64,000 nt of DNA from Mobula hypostoma (taxonomy: Eukaryota): positions 22,320,001-22,384,000 of the forward strand of contig NC_086106.1 in the NCBI RefSeq assembly GCF_963921235.1. The letters are read 5' to 3'. The notes below the pieces were generated by a model. It was given only the letters and a program-made list of their open reading frames with translations. It did not search any database and had not been told where the DNA came from. The position numbers were made by a program, and so were the translations under genes. Position 1 is the stretch's first letter; each line of letters begins with the position of its first letter. Positions 51,659 through 64,000 of this stretch are shown one piece after another.

Positions 51659-53545
51659 TGTCATAAGGTAGGCGTTGAGGGGCGAAACCACATGAAAGAC
51701 ACAGGCGCTGCACTCCTAGAAAGTGGACTGGACTAGAGTTCTGGCAGGACAGGACAGGACACAGACTAGGGCTAGGAGTTTGGCTAGGCAAGCGGGACCA
51801 GGACAACGAATTCGGAACCAGGGCCCTTGGATAGGACTCCGAACCAGAGACTGGACAGGGACCCAGAACCTGGGTCTTGAGTCGGGCTCGGACCCCGGAA
51901 GTAGACGAGGACAGGACGTGATTACAGAACTGGACATGGCTTGGGTTCTTCGAGGCTTGGGTTCTTCGAGACATGGGTTCTTCGAAGCCTGGGTATTGAC
52001 TCCGAGACAGAGACAGTTCAAGAACCCAGAACCTGGGTCCTGACTCGGGCTCGGACTCCAGAAGTAGGCGAAGAGATGATGTGGCTACACGACTGGAAGA
52101 AGCTTGGATTCTTCGAGACTTTCCTGGGCAGGACGAGGTACTCCTGAGCTGCGCGAGGCACAAAGACAGGACGAGACACCGAAGCCTTCAATTGGTCCTG
52201 GGAGAAAAGGAAAAACAGAGATTAATTTAAAGTGTTTCTTCTTTTATGTTATTGCTAAGGATAATAAAATGGTTTATTTAGTATGTTAAAAATAAAATGG
52301 CTTCTCTGTGACGTTACCTGCTCAGACAGTGGTTCTGTCTTTCTAGTAGATTATTTGGGTTATAATTACTGATAACGATAAGTGCAGTCATTTGCTTACC
52401 GATTGGGATAAATTTTATTCTTTATTGTGTGTCTGTGAGCTATTCTTTTCGCTGGCTTTGGGCGTAGGCGCGATGTGGACAGAGAGCGGAGACGCTATAC
52501 TGTAAGCTGAGCATCGGAATGGACCCCGAACGGGGGTCAGAGGCCCAGGGTCTTCAGCAAGGAGTGGAGACGTGGACAGTCTGGTGTGTCGCGTCTGGAT
52601 GACAACCATGTTTGGTCCCTGGCGGCAGGCCGAGGAGGTCGGAGTGGATCGAATGGTCGCAAGAAGACTCCTTTAATTGAGCTCCAACGGTTGTGCACGA
52701 AGTGGTTGAGCTTTGACAGATTTGACGCCTTTTACTTTATTTTTATATTGTATCTCTTTTAATTATATAGTTCCAGTGAGATCTATAAAGTGTAATAATT
52801 TAATCGCATACGGTGTACTGTCTATTATTTGGCGTAGTGGGGTACATCACACAGCATCTACACAAGCTTGAAAACCTGGAGTAAGGAACATGGACCGGAC
52901 CGTGACCCGGAATGTGGACTTCACGGACGGGAGCATGCCAGACCCCCGCTCCCCCCGGGACCCATCGTTGGTAACAGGACTTGGTACCGGGGCTATACAC
53001 AGAATCAGGACTCTTTCTAGGGAGCAGGACGTAGGGCCGGTACTCATACACAGACCATTAAGAGACAGTTGCCACTCAAGGTAGCAGCAAACGGCCAGAC
53101 CTACGCAGCGGAGGCGAGGGCACAAGGAGACGGTTCCCAACTCAAGATAGCGGCAAACGGCTGGAGCTACCTCGCGGAAGTGAGGACACAAAAATTCAGT
53201 TCCAAACAACGATAAACAGTTCCTTATCTTGACACAGCAAGGCTCCATTCTGAATCCGGCGATAGAACTTTACAGCGATACAGGGCAGGTTGCAGGCAAG
53301 GCTTCATGCCAGGCTTTAGGCAAGGCATCAGAAGGAAGGAGAGGGGAAGGGAAGAGCACAGTACTGCAAATGAAGCTGAACCCAGCAGTTATTTATGTGG
53401 CCAGTCCAAAATCAGAATCAGGTGCTACAATTCGAGCACCTAACAGAACAAGGGCAAACTGTAAATCCTGAAATTAGGAACGATGGACCGGGCCGTGAAT
53501 ATCCTCGTGCCAACTATTATACATTGACCGCCGGTAGAACACCAT
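51659..53545. mobile_element. Nested cluster of LTR-like fragments, same family as 29033-30576, plus a second LTR-type segment (~52250-52860)
   Basis: Begins TGTCATAAGGTAGGCG. Shares the repeat units, terminal block (gaccgtgacccggaatgtggacttcacggac) and internal block (acagttccttatcttgacacagca, ggttgcaggcaaggcttca) with the 29-30.6 kb element. Confidence 0.6.
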
Positions 53546-53829
53546 CAAATCGCGCTTTCGCGTTGTATTACATCCTCCGTCCGGTTTTCTCTACCTGTTT
53601 CTCTCTCTGTCTCCAACTAAAAAAAAAACTCATTGTCCTACCACAATGTACGTCACAAAATCTGTCCGTCCAGCGGTCCCGAGAACCTTTTCCCCATCAT
53701 GATAGGATAACAAGACACTTAATCAGTTAAAATGTATCAGGGTGTTGCAGACCAGTTTTGCTCGTTCCTAAAAATAAATCAGTATCATAATGCGAATATT
53801 CGGTAATAAAATCTCCAAAATGACCTCAA

Positions 53830-54211
53830 TAACCCGTACATACGTTTCAGGTCAAATTCGACCCGTTTTGACATTTGGCAGCAGGAAAAAAAAAGACACC
53901 CTAAAAGCCATTTTAGCTGAAATTTGATGACTTTTCCTAAAGTGACCCAAATGCACTAAGGTGAAGTTATTTGTATCTATATAATTGTATAAATTTCTAC
54001 AAATTTTTGCTCGGTACCTATTGAAGTGTATTTTACATCTCTGAAACCTTAATTAAGGAATAATGACCATTTATTAATATCAGAAAGGCTAAGTAGTTCT
54101 GTGGATAAAAACTTGGTATGGATACTTGTTAAGAGTGGATTCATGGGCCGGGTAAAAATTGATCCGGGCCATACTGTGAATGATTAGAATATGAGCAGGT
54201 GCCTGGGTTAA
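53830..54211. mobile_element. piggyBac-like MITE (tentative)
   Basis: Left end taaccc...ggtcaaattcgacccg; right end cgggtaaaaattgatccg...gggTTAA. These resemble TTAA-targeting element termini. Confidence 0.35.
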
Positions 54212-54716
54212 CTAATGTGTTCTTTATAGTTTCTGATGAACGCTCCACTGTCATTTCCCGCAATTTTCCCCTTGTCATTAGCCGCCCTCTCCCTTCCCAC
54301 TTCATTCGTTTTATTGTAAGAAACTTGTCCACTTTTATTTTGATTTCTTACTTTTTTGCCGTCCCAACGTACATACTCTCAGTATATTTCAAGTTTATCT
54401 TCCCACGCCCTACCTCTCGGTGCCTCACATGGATTCAATTATGACCCGCCAAATGTTGCTCATCCACAGCCGTTTATCCAGCTTTTGAGCCTTTCTATCT
54501 GTCATAATGAAACGTTTGGGTCTGTACCTTTGACTGCTAAATACATGCAGCTTGATTAGCTGTTGCGCCAGGATGTGTGTGTCTTACTGAATAATAATAA
54601 TAAAAAAAAAACACAAACCAACATACATACAGGAGACACTGAGGCAGGAATGGGGCATAAGGCGGTATGGTAAGTTGGTAAGATGGAGAGAGACAGCGAG
54701 ACAGAGAGACGGCGAT

Positions 54717-55735
54717 ATAGAAACATAGAAACATAGAAACATAGAAAATAGGTGCAGGAGTAGGCCATTCGGCCCTTCGAGCCTGCAACACCATTTATTA
54801 TGATTTTGGCTGATCATCCAACTCAGAACCCAGCCTTCCCTCCATACCCCATGATCCCTGTAGCCACAATGGCCATATCTAACTCCCTCAAAACATAGCC
54901 AATGAACTGGCCTCAACAGTTTGCTGTGGCAGAGAATTCCACAGATTCACCACTCTCTGTGTGAAGAAGTTTTTCCTAATCTCGGTCCTAAAAGGCTTCC
55001 CCTCTATCCTCAAACTGTGACCCCTCGTTCTGGACTTCCCCAACATCGGGAACAATCTTCCCGCATCTAGCCTGTCCAATCCCTTTATGATCTTATACGT
55101 TTCAATCAGATCCCCCCCTCAATCTTCTAAATTCCAACGAGTACAAGCCCAGTTCATTCAGTCTTTCTTCATATGAAAGACCTGCCAACCCAGGAATCAA
55201 TCTGGTGAACCTTCTTTGTACTCCCTCTATGGCAAAGATGTCTTTCCTCAGATTAGGGGACCAAAACTGCACACAATACTCCAGGTGTGGTCTCACCTAG
55301 GCCTTGTACAACTGCAGTAGTACCTCCCTGCTCCTGTACTCGAATCCTCTTGCTATAAATGCCAGCATACCGTTCGCCTTTTTCACCGCCTGCTGTACGT
55401 GCATGCCCACTTTCAATGACTGGTGTATAATGACACCCAGGTCTCGTTGCACCTCTCCTTTTCCTAATCGGCCACCATTCAGATAATAATCTGTTTTCCT
55501 ATTTTTGCCACCAAAGTGGATAGCTTCACATTTATCCACATTAAATTGCATTTGCCATGAGTTTGCCCACTCACCCAACCTATCCAAGTCACCCTGCATC
55601 CTCTTAGCATCCTCCTCACTGCTAACACTGCCACCCAGCTTCGTGTCATCGGCAAACTTGGAGATGCTGCATTTAATTCCCTCATCCAAGTCATTAATAT
55701 ATATTGTAAACAACTGGGGTCCCAGCACTGAGCCT
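54717..55735 (-). mobile_element. Young 5'-truncated CR1 LINE
   Basis: Nearly intact RT C-terminus ([41 protein letters not shown]) with one nonsense codon and one frameshift. Tandem (AACATAGA)n 3' tail at ~54717-54748. Confidence 0.92.
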
Positions 55736-55737
55736 AG

Positions 55738-55793
<56 letters not shown>
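55736..55793. repeat. (GATA)n microsatellite
   Basis: Perfect tagatagata run abutting the CR1 5' end. Confidence 0.95.
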
Positions 55794-56034
55794 GGTTAGG
55801 TAGACAGACAGATAGATAAAGATAGAAGAGACAGAGAAGCCAGAGCACGTAATGGCAGAGGATTGCACTCAAACAACAGCAGCTGTGAGATCCTAGCCAA
55901 TTGCAAACAAGGAACACGTCTCTGTAGAACAAAAACTAACACGGACCCTGATCTTTGGCAATACTGCTTACGATGGAAGCATAAGCACGGGACATTTATT
56001 CACGTCTTTCAGTTTTATTACGAAAGTTGTAGTA

Positions 56035-56466
56035 ATGTTGCGTATCTGTCTATTTGATATAATTCTGTTCCCGGTGAGTCTCTGTTCCACTGCTAGTTGT
56101 GGGTTTGATTGTTTGATTCACTGACAGTTTTTTCACAATCTTTGTCATGTGTCCCAGAAACGTTTGGTGATGATAGAAACTCCCAGTATCTGCCTCAGTT
56201 AATGGTCGAAAAAGGACAAAACTTAACATTGACATGCACTTACCCTGAAACATATGATGGTTATAATGCCTTCTGGTACATCAGATATCCCGGAAAATCT
56301 CCAAAATGTATACTGTGGAGTTTCAGCAGCTGGTCCGTAGACCGGTCAGCACTTGTTTCGAAGGTGTTTTCGTTTTTTTTTATCAGAGAGAAAATAAGCG
56401 GCTAGATTTAACTATCTCTGGTGTTCTTATCTCTGACTATGCTTTCTATCTCTGCGCAATGACTAT
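56035..56466 (+). pseudogene. TCR alpha/delta-type V pseudogene (V-d), close paralogue of V-c
   Basis: The leader exon 56035-56073 is 39 nt (phase 0) but the acceptor at 56156-56157 needs phase 1. The V exon (ETFGDDRNSQYLPQLMVEKGQNLTLTCTYPETYDGYNAFWYIRYPGKSPK...) has a +2 frameshift in a T run at ~56363-56371, then resumes YQRENKRLDLTISGVLISDYAFYLCAMT. Confidence 0.88.
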
Positions 56467-56505
56467 CACTGCGCATCACAGAAGCAGTGAATCTGTTCAA
56501 AGACT
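56467..56505 (+). other. Degenerate 23-RSS of V-d
   Basis: CACTGCG, 23-nt spacer, TCAAAGACT. Confidence 0.75.
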
Positions 56506-56679
56506 CTCACTGCAGCAGTTCGAGCTAGCGGTCTCCAGACGGCGTCACCAGCAATCGGAGATTGCTAGCACATTCGTGTCATGATGGCATTCCTCAGCAA
56601 ATCGATTGCATACCTGCTCTACAGTAAAAATATGATCCATCGCTTCTCTTAACGGGGTTTACACGCTCAATTGCAGCTG

Positions 56680-57295
56680 CGTGGATCGTTGTCGGTGCGT
56701 CGCCAAATATCTATGCTCCGCCCGCCAGAACAAGTGGGATTTCGTCGTGTCTCACCCACTTTTTGGTTCCACTTCCCATTCCTATTCCTATATGTCCACC
56801 TATGGCCTACTCCACTGTTCTGATAAGGACAAACATAGTTTGGAAAAACAACATCTTATATTCCGTATTTCTCGGTTAGAGCGAATCCAGCCTGATGGCA
56901 TGAACATTCATTTCTCAAACTTCCAATAATTCCTCCACTACTTCACTATTTCCCGTCCTATTTTCACTTTCATGTTATCACCTAGCCCACGAATATCTTC
57001 CGTCTGGTGCTCCTCCCCCTCCCCTTCTTTTATTTCTTCTAAGGCCTTGTGTGCTTCTCACTTTGCTCTTTGCTTTATTTCTCCCCCTTCAGGATTAACT
57101 TATCTCCTGGTTTTACTCTCTTTCCTCCCACACCTTTCAAATCTACTCGTCAGTATTTTGTTTTCTTTCCTTTTCTCCGCAGTTCTGGAATATCGGCTGT
57201 ATTTTTTTTCTTTTCTCTGGATATGCCTGGGAGTTTAGGTTTATCTAGCGTTTTTTTTTGTTGCTAGGTTTACCAGCATCTGCAGATTTTTACTT
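56680..57295 (+). mobile_element. Penelope-like element 3' fragment (GIY-YIG)
   Basis: ORF 56681 reads YGLLHCSDKDKHSLEKQHLIFRISRLERIQPDGMNIHFSNFQ. The terminal repeat ends ccagcatctgcagattt. Confidence 0.8.
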
Positions 57296-58249
57296 GTTCG
57301 CAGTATAAAGCGGAGTCAAACAAATATTTTATATGTATAATATTAGTATCATATGAATATAAATATCTTAGTAAAATACTATCGTGAGAGGACTGTCCTG
57401 GTACTGCTTGGAAGATTTGCGTGACTGAAAATCAGCGTTTCTGTGGACTATTATTTGCTCATATATCGCAGCTGATACTGTTCACGTCTGCAGCAAACTG
57501 TTCCTGTGATGCCAAACCTGCTTCAATCACACGGATATTGGAAAGCAGAACGAATGCCTTCTCTGATAGCGTCCAATGACTGTGGTTTTAGATCGGACCT
57601 TTTAGTTCATTATTTAAAAGAGCTGCATTGGTAAGCAGTTCCTAATATCTTTGGACAGGTTGATGCGTCATGGAAAAAAGGACAGTGGTGCAATATATCG
57701 ATCCTAAATTGAGCTGAATTGCGAGGAACATTGCAATATCTGTCTACATTTTCGTTAGCTTCCCCGCTATGTAGCCTGCCGGAGATTTCTAATCACAGAC
57801 ACTGCATTTTCTTTATCCAATCCAGTCTGAAATTCGCATTTCAATGAGGCGCCTTTTGGTTCTGCAACCAGCTCCATGTTCTCCATAGACGCCATTGATA
57901 CTCTATGTGTTGTAGGGTAATCTGACTCAAGCTTGAGCTCCAGTCTTCTGTAGTTTCTGTACCTCGATGGACACTACTTAGTCGACGTACCTGCTACAGA
58001 CAAAGAGATCTCAATTTGTCATATTGGCAACGATATCCCCCCATGACTTATTACAGTCGCTTCGATATACTTTGAGACTGCTGCAGAAATCATATTCTCA
58101 TATGAAATCTGAATAACATTGCCATAATTTGTATATATTGAACATCTCTGACTTGCTCGGAAGAATATCTATAATTAATTCGATATTTACATTAGTTTTG
58201 GATTGTGCAGGACCTTGGACCTACAATATTAGCTCGCCCTGTTAACCGC

Positions 58250-59800
58250 ACACAATCAATTTAACCGTCTATCTCGTCTAAATTTCAATTATTACATCCG
58301 AGCCAATACGAGAGCTTGACACACTTAAATGTATCTTACTCCGCCACGACCGCTGACAATTCACACTACTGCCACATGTTGCATAGAGGGCAGTCGAAAT
58401 TTCAGAACGAATATAAACTTTCCTACAAGTGCTTTAAAGATACAACATCTGATAATTGCTACTTCCAACCTGGAGGGGGAAAAAAACCTCTCTGGCTGAA
58501 CAGGCTTTCCAAAAACACTTTCATATTTAATACCACAACGACATCAGGTTCCATACCAGTTCTTTCCAAGTAAACAACACAAGCTCGCTCAAGCTTTCCT
58601 CAGATGCCATGTTTTAGATTGTGAAATGCATACTGTTACTTCTAATCTGCATCCTCAGTAACGCACACACGTCCTTCCTATCACGATACCACAAGAACTG
58701 GATAAAATACTCACGATGAAAATGTGTTCTAACCACATTTCGACGGTGCTACAATATTGCCATTCAATTATTGGTTTGTTACCCGTTTAATAAAGGCCAA
58801 CACACCATTTTATCTTCTCCATCTGATCAAATGGCCCAACGAATTTGAGAAATCTATAAATATGAACTCAAAATTTCTGCCATTCAACAGTTGATGTTCT
58901 TTCTTTCACTACACATGCTGCCTCTCAATTGCATAATGTAAATTGAACAACTTCAGAGTACTACCAAACCAGCTTCCAGCTGCACAGACCGTCTAACTCC
59001 CCGGATAACATACACTAATATGGTACTCTATTTAAAGAGTTATCATAGAAAACACAACACAGAAACAGAAAGAGCCGGTATCCCAGAAGAGATACCCATC
59101 GCACACAATTCGTCAGGGATCTCCAGATCGATACACTCCATTCACTACAAGTATATGCCTTCTGCGTGCAGATTAATTCTTCTGAATTCTCAAGCAGTCA
59201 TTATTTCCTACATTTCCTAAATGCTTCAGCATACCTAAGCAATGTAGTAGAATGCATTTCGTAAATACAATATTCTGCATTATTTCTTCCATCTTCCTGG
59301 ATTTGCATTGTCTCTTCCTCAAAGAATTCTATAAGTCCAGCTAGGAATGAGATTCCACTCCCAAATGCATAGCGTCTGCACCTAATCTTCTCTAAATATT
59401 CATATACCCCATCACGACACAACTTCTCCAGAAGCTTGTCACAACTGAAGTAAGCTTACTGATGTATGTTTCCCAGCCTTATTAATATAATGCACATTGT
59501 TAGTGGTTATCGCAAGAACAGTTATCTAATATCAAGCATTCACTACAGCCGTTACGACACAGGTTCAATATCGTCATCTTGCACTAGACATATCTAATTG
59601 TCTTGAGTCAAGTTATGTTATCACTGTCCAACAGAGTCTTACAATTATCGCAAAAATATCCCAGAAAATCAGCAAAGGTTATGCTGCGCACTGCCATCAC
59701 ACACCAACTCTAGAGCATTCGACGAGAATGCTGCAACAAGGTCTGCTACCAGGTCAGCTTCGCAAACACCAGTGTCGCTGCTCATATATGCCGGCAGGCT
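58250..59800 (-). mobile_element. Old CR1 RT remnant
   Basis: AFGSGISFLAGLIEFFEEET resembles the CR1 motif GFVKGRSCLTNLIEFFEEVT. Confidence 0.5.
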
Positions 59801-60419
59801 CCGACAACATACTGACGAACTCCCTTCAAAATATTCCGGCCGTCTTCTTCTCTAAATAATGGTCGGACGCACCGAAACCACGGCCTCTGCACCACAAACA
59901 GAAGTCCTGTTTATCTGATGAACTAACAGCTCAGTCACAGAATAACTCTGCAATACCTTAAGTTTCTGGAGAAGAACTTACATGCGATCGTAAGAAACAC
60001 ACATATAAAAGCAAAAAAAAAAAAAAAGAAAAAAAAAGGAAAGAAAAAACACTTCTTCAGGAAGGTTTACTGTGTTATTCGAAAATACTTCGCTCGTTCT
60101 GTTTTTTTTTGTTTTTTTTTTCTTTAGGTTTATGAATGCTTTCCCTAGTCGTGCCTGTCGTTTTTTGTTCTCGGGAATCACCAGAATGGAATGCCTCAGA
60201 ACTACCCCACTGCAGAACTCGATAGCTCGATGGTCATTATTAATTCCACAGCTTTTGTTTCACGTATGCACAGCATGCTTTTGGAATCACATACCCATTC
60301 ACAGCGGACCTAATAACGTCACGAATAATTGTGACATACTCTTTCAGACTAGAAATCAATATTTGAATACAGTCCAGTCTAGCGATTCAAGGCAATAATG
60401 CAAACGCACTTGCACATCA

Positions 60420-60935
60420 TTTGTCCATACAGTAACTTCTTGATCCCCACTATTTTTTTGTTGCGACAATTAGTTTCTGCTTATGGACAGTGAGTAGAAG
60501 TATAATTATTCAATACAACGTTCCAAAGTCTAAGCGTGGGATGGCACGATAAGCTCTTGATAGTCGCGTGTATGTGGTCCAGGGAGTTGTCTCCTCTGGT
60601 TGTACAAGCGATTGCTGGCAATAATTATTCCGATATCTTTTCAGGCTAGCCAGTATTAAATACAACAGAATGATGTTGAAGTTATCATGTTGCGATGTTT
60701 CATGCTTATTGATTGCGTTGCTCACTTCGACTCTATCCTGTTTGACACTGTGCAGAGGTGGGATGTACACCGCTACTAGGATGATGACAGAATACTCCAA
60801 TGGCATATAACATGGAAGGCACTTGATCACCTCATCTTGCAAGAGGTATAAGCAGGACTGCGACTCCACTACAACGTTTGTGCAACTGAATAAATTGATC
60901 AGAATACATACTATATCTCTTCTACCTTTCATAGA
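60420..60935 (-). mobile_element. Rex1/Babar endonuclease fragment
   Basis: IKCLPCYMPLEYSVIILVAVYIPP resembles the Rex1 motif CRPFYLPREFS.VIL.AVYIPP. Confidence 0.75.
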
Positions 60936-61317
60936 CTCAGCAGTCCTATCTTGGCGGTAAATTCTGAATCCACAGATATGTATCGCTATGCCTGCAATGG
61001 AGGAGCGTGTTCAGGTCTTCAGAAAATAATAACCAAAAACAAATGCAACTAATCACAATAACTCCCCCAAACTGAAACCTGCTACCAACGACAAAGAAAG
61101 GAAAACTGTAGAAGGAACTGAAAAAGAAAAACAGAGAGTTAGGATTGTATCTGAGAAGCAGGAACTCAAAGGTAGTAATCTCAGGATTCCTGCCTGATTC
61201 ACGCGACAGTGAGGAGAGGAATAGAATGAGGTACCAGATAAAAAAATATGCCTCAAGATTAGGGGAACGGGGCAGGGATTCTGATTTGTAGTTAATTGCT
61301 ATATATTCTTGAGAAGT

Positions 61318-63020
61318 TAGAACCATAGAAGCATAGAAACTGCAGCACGGAAACAGGCCTTTTGACCCTTCTTGGCTGTGCCGATCCATTTTCTGCCTAG
61401 TCCGACTGACCTGCACACGGGCCATATCCCCCCATATTCCTCCCATCCTTAAATCTGTCCAATTCATTCCTAAATGTTAAAAAAGAATCCACATTTACCA
61501 CCTCATCTGACAGCTCATTCCATACTCCCACCACTCTCTGTGTGAAGAAGCCCCTCCTAATGTTCCCTTTAAACTTTTACCCCCTCACCCTTAACCCATG
61601 TCCTCTGTTTTTTTTTTCTCCCCTAGCCTCAGTGGAAAAAGCCTGCCTGCATTCACTCTATCTATACCCATCATAATTTTATATACCTCTATCAAATATC
61701 CCCTCATTCTTCTACACTCCAGGGAATAAAGTCCTAACCTATTCAACATTTCTCTGTAGCGGATTTTCTCAAGCCCTGGTAACATCCTTGTAAACCACCT
61801 CTGCACTCTTTCAACCTTATTTATATCCTTCCTGTAATTTGGTGACCAAAACTGAAAACAATACTCAAGATTAGGCCTCACCAATGCCTTACACAACCTC
61901 GTCATAACATTCCAGCTCTTATACTCGATACATTGATTAATAAAGGTCAATGTACCAAAAGCTCTGTTTACGACCCTATCTGCGTGTGACGCCGCGTTTC
62001 GGGAATTTGGTATCTGTATTCCCAGATCCCTCTGTTCTACTGCACTCCTCAGTGCCCTACCATTAACCCTGTATGTTCTACCTTGGTTTGTCCTTCCAAC
62101 GTGCAATACCTCACACGTGTCTGTATTAAACTCTATCTGCCATTTTTCAGCCCATTATTCCAGTTGGTCCAAGTCCCCCTGCAGGCTCTGAAAACCTTCC
62201 TCACTGTCTACTACACCCCCAATCTTTGTATCATCAGCAAATTTGCTGATCCAATTTACCACATTATTATCCAGATCATTGATATAGATGACAAATAACA
62301 ATGGACCCAGCACTGACACCTGTGGCACACCACTAGTTACAGGCCTCCACTCAGAGAAGCAATGCTCTACTCCCACTATTTGGCTTCTTCCATTGAGCCA
62401 ATGTCTAATCCAATTTACCACCTCTCCATGTATACCTAGCGACTGAATTTCCTATCTAACCTCCCACGCGGGAACTTGTCAATGGCCTTACTGAAGTCCA
62501 TGCAGACAATATCCACTGCCTTCCCTTCATTCACTTTCCTGGTAACCTCCTCGAAAAACTCCAATAGATTGGTCAAACATGACCTACCATGCACAAAGCC
62601 ATGTTGACTCTCCCTAATAAGTCCCTGTCTATACGAATGCTTGTAGATTCTATCTCTTAGTACTCCCTCCAATAACTTACCTACTACCGACGTTAAACTT
62701 ACTGGCCTATAATTTGCCGGATCACTTTTCGATCCTTTTTTAAACAACTTAACATCATGAGCCACTCTCCAAACCTCCGTCACCTCACCCGTAGACAGCG
62801 ACATTTTAAATATATCTGCCAGAGCTCCGGCAATTTCAACACTAGTCTCCTTCAAGGTCCGAGGGAACACCCTGTCAGGTCCCGTGGATTTATCCGCTTT
62901 AATTTTCCTCAAGACAGCAAGCACCTCCTCCTTTTCAATCTGTTCACTTTCTATGATCTCACTAATTGATTCCCTTAATTCCATAGACTTCATGCCAGTT
63001 TCCTTGGTAAATACAGACGC
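61318..63020 (-). mobile_element. 5'-truncated CR1 LINE (relatively young)
   Basis: [49 protein letters not shown] and VRPNLEYCFQFWSP. 3' tail tagaaccatagaagcatagaaac. Confidence 0.92.
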
Positions 63021-63099
63021 AAGTTCGGAACTATATATAGGGCGTGATTCACCTGAATCCGCAGGGGAGCAATATTCTTGAGGGAAGATTTACTGGAGC

Positions 63100-64000
63100 A
63101 GTTGGGGGTGTTTGAGAATAATATGGAAGTATAATAGAGCTGGGGATGAGCAGGACGTTTACAAGTAGCTGATTGTCGGAATACTACAATAATTAGGTAC
63201 AAATGCACGCAGTACGAAGCGTTAAGTTAGACTACATAGACAAAATTCAAACTGGCAAAAATGCACTGTTCTTGATGTTGTATTTAAGTTCGAGCAGCAC
63301 TCTGGAAGAACTCGTGCTCCAACTGCGGATTGGGCGGTATGACGCTGAGGGCATCACTAAATCGTGGCTGAGGGAAGGCCATAGTTTGGAACTTGACATC
63401 AAAGATAAACTTTATATCGAACGGACAGATAAGAAGTCAAAGGTGGTTGTCTGCCTCTGTTAATAAGAGATGGAAATACATCTTCAGAAAGAGGTGACAT
63501 AAGTCAGAGAACATTCATTTTTCTTGTGGATGGAGTTAACCAAACACAAAAATAATAAAAAAAAAGATCATTATGGGAATACATGTAGTCCGCCACATTG
63601 TACCAAGATGTGGGATTGAGATTGCAAAGGCTGCTGAAAAAGGTGTTTAATGAGGGGCATTATACCATTGTAGTGGGGGACTTCAGTTTGCAAAGGGATT
63701 GGGAATATCGAGTTACCGTCGGATCGGCAAAGAGTGCTTATTTTATTTTATTTTTTTTTTTATGCCTACAATTGGCTTTATAAAGCAGCCGATGCTTGTG
63801 CCTACTCGAGGAGAGGCTACTTCGGATTAGGTGCTGCGTAGTGACACGGATTTTTGTAGGGAACATAACGGAAAGAAACCCTTAGACCGTACTTATCATA
63901 ATATAATTGAATTCAGACTGCAATTTGAAAGGAAGAAGCATAACTCAAATCTATGAGTATCGGAATGGAATAACGAGAAATATAGAGGCAGGAAATAGGA
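63100..64000 (+). mobile_element. Degenerate CR1 endonuclease fragment
   Basis: LVLQLRIGRYDAEGITKSWLREGHSLELDI and TIVVGDFSLQRDWE. Similar to the CR1 at 0.9-1.5 kb. Confidence 0.65.

Noticed and set aside
60946-61467. 173-aa minus-strand ORF
   Set aside because: Runs from a CR1 3' UTR into low-complexity sequence; no recognisable domain.
1-64000. D, J or C segments, IgH-type or NAR-TCR V segments, tRNA or rRNA genes
   Set aside because: The CACTGTG heptamers seen (~8568, 9453, 12148, 46853, 60744) lack a spaced nonamer and an FGxG J motif. No IgH-type V or structural RNA was recognised by eye.

Overview
Eukaryotic, repeat-dense vertebrate DNA. The repeat families and V-gene style suggest a cartilaginous fish, probably a ray (inference). 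The window is part of the V-segment array of a T-cell receptor alpha/delta-type locus. Four same-strand (+) V gene segments are present, each with a leader exon, short intron, V exon and a 23-type recombination signal (RSS). V-b (~12.3-12.8 kb) and V-c (~37.6-38.1 kb) have open frames. V-a (~5.2-5.6 kb) and V-d (~56.0-56.5 kb) are pseudogenes. No D, J or C segment was found. The rest is mostly decayed retroelements (CR1, Rex1/Babar, L1-like, Penelope, Gypsy, BEL/Pao, solo LTRs), MITEs, microsatellites, a ~1-kb local duplication and four assembly gaps. The most striking structure is a BEL/Pao LTR retrotransposon (~42.6-48.3 kb). Most of its RNaseH/integrase region is replaced by an uninterrupted, poly(A)-less 3' fragment of the host gene KBTBD4, which looks like LTR-mediated gene capture. 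Second, a CTCF-like motif sits 22-23 bp downstream of the RSS nonamer of three V genes. All alignments and family calls were made by eye and from memory; no searches were run.
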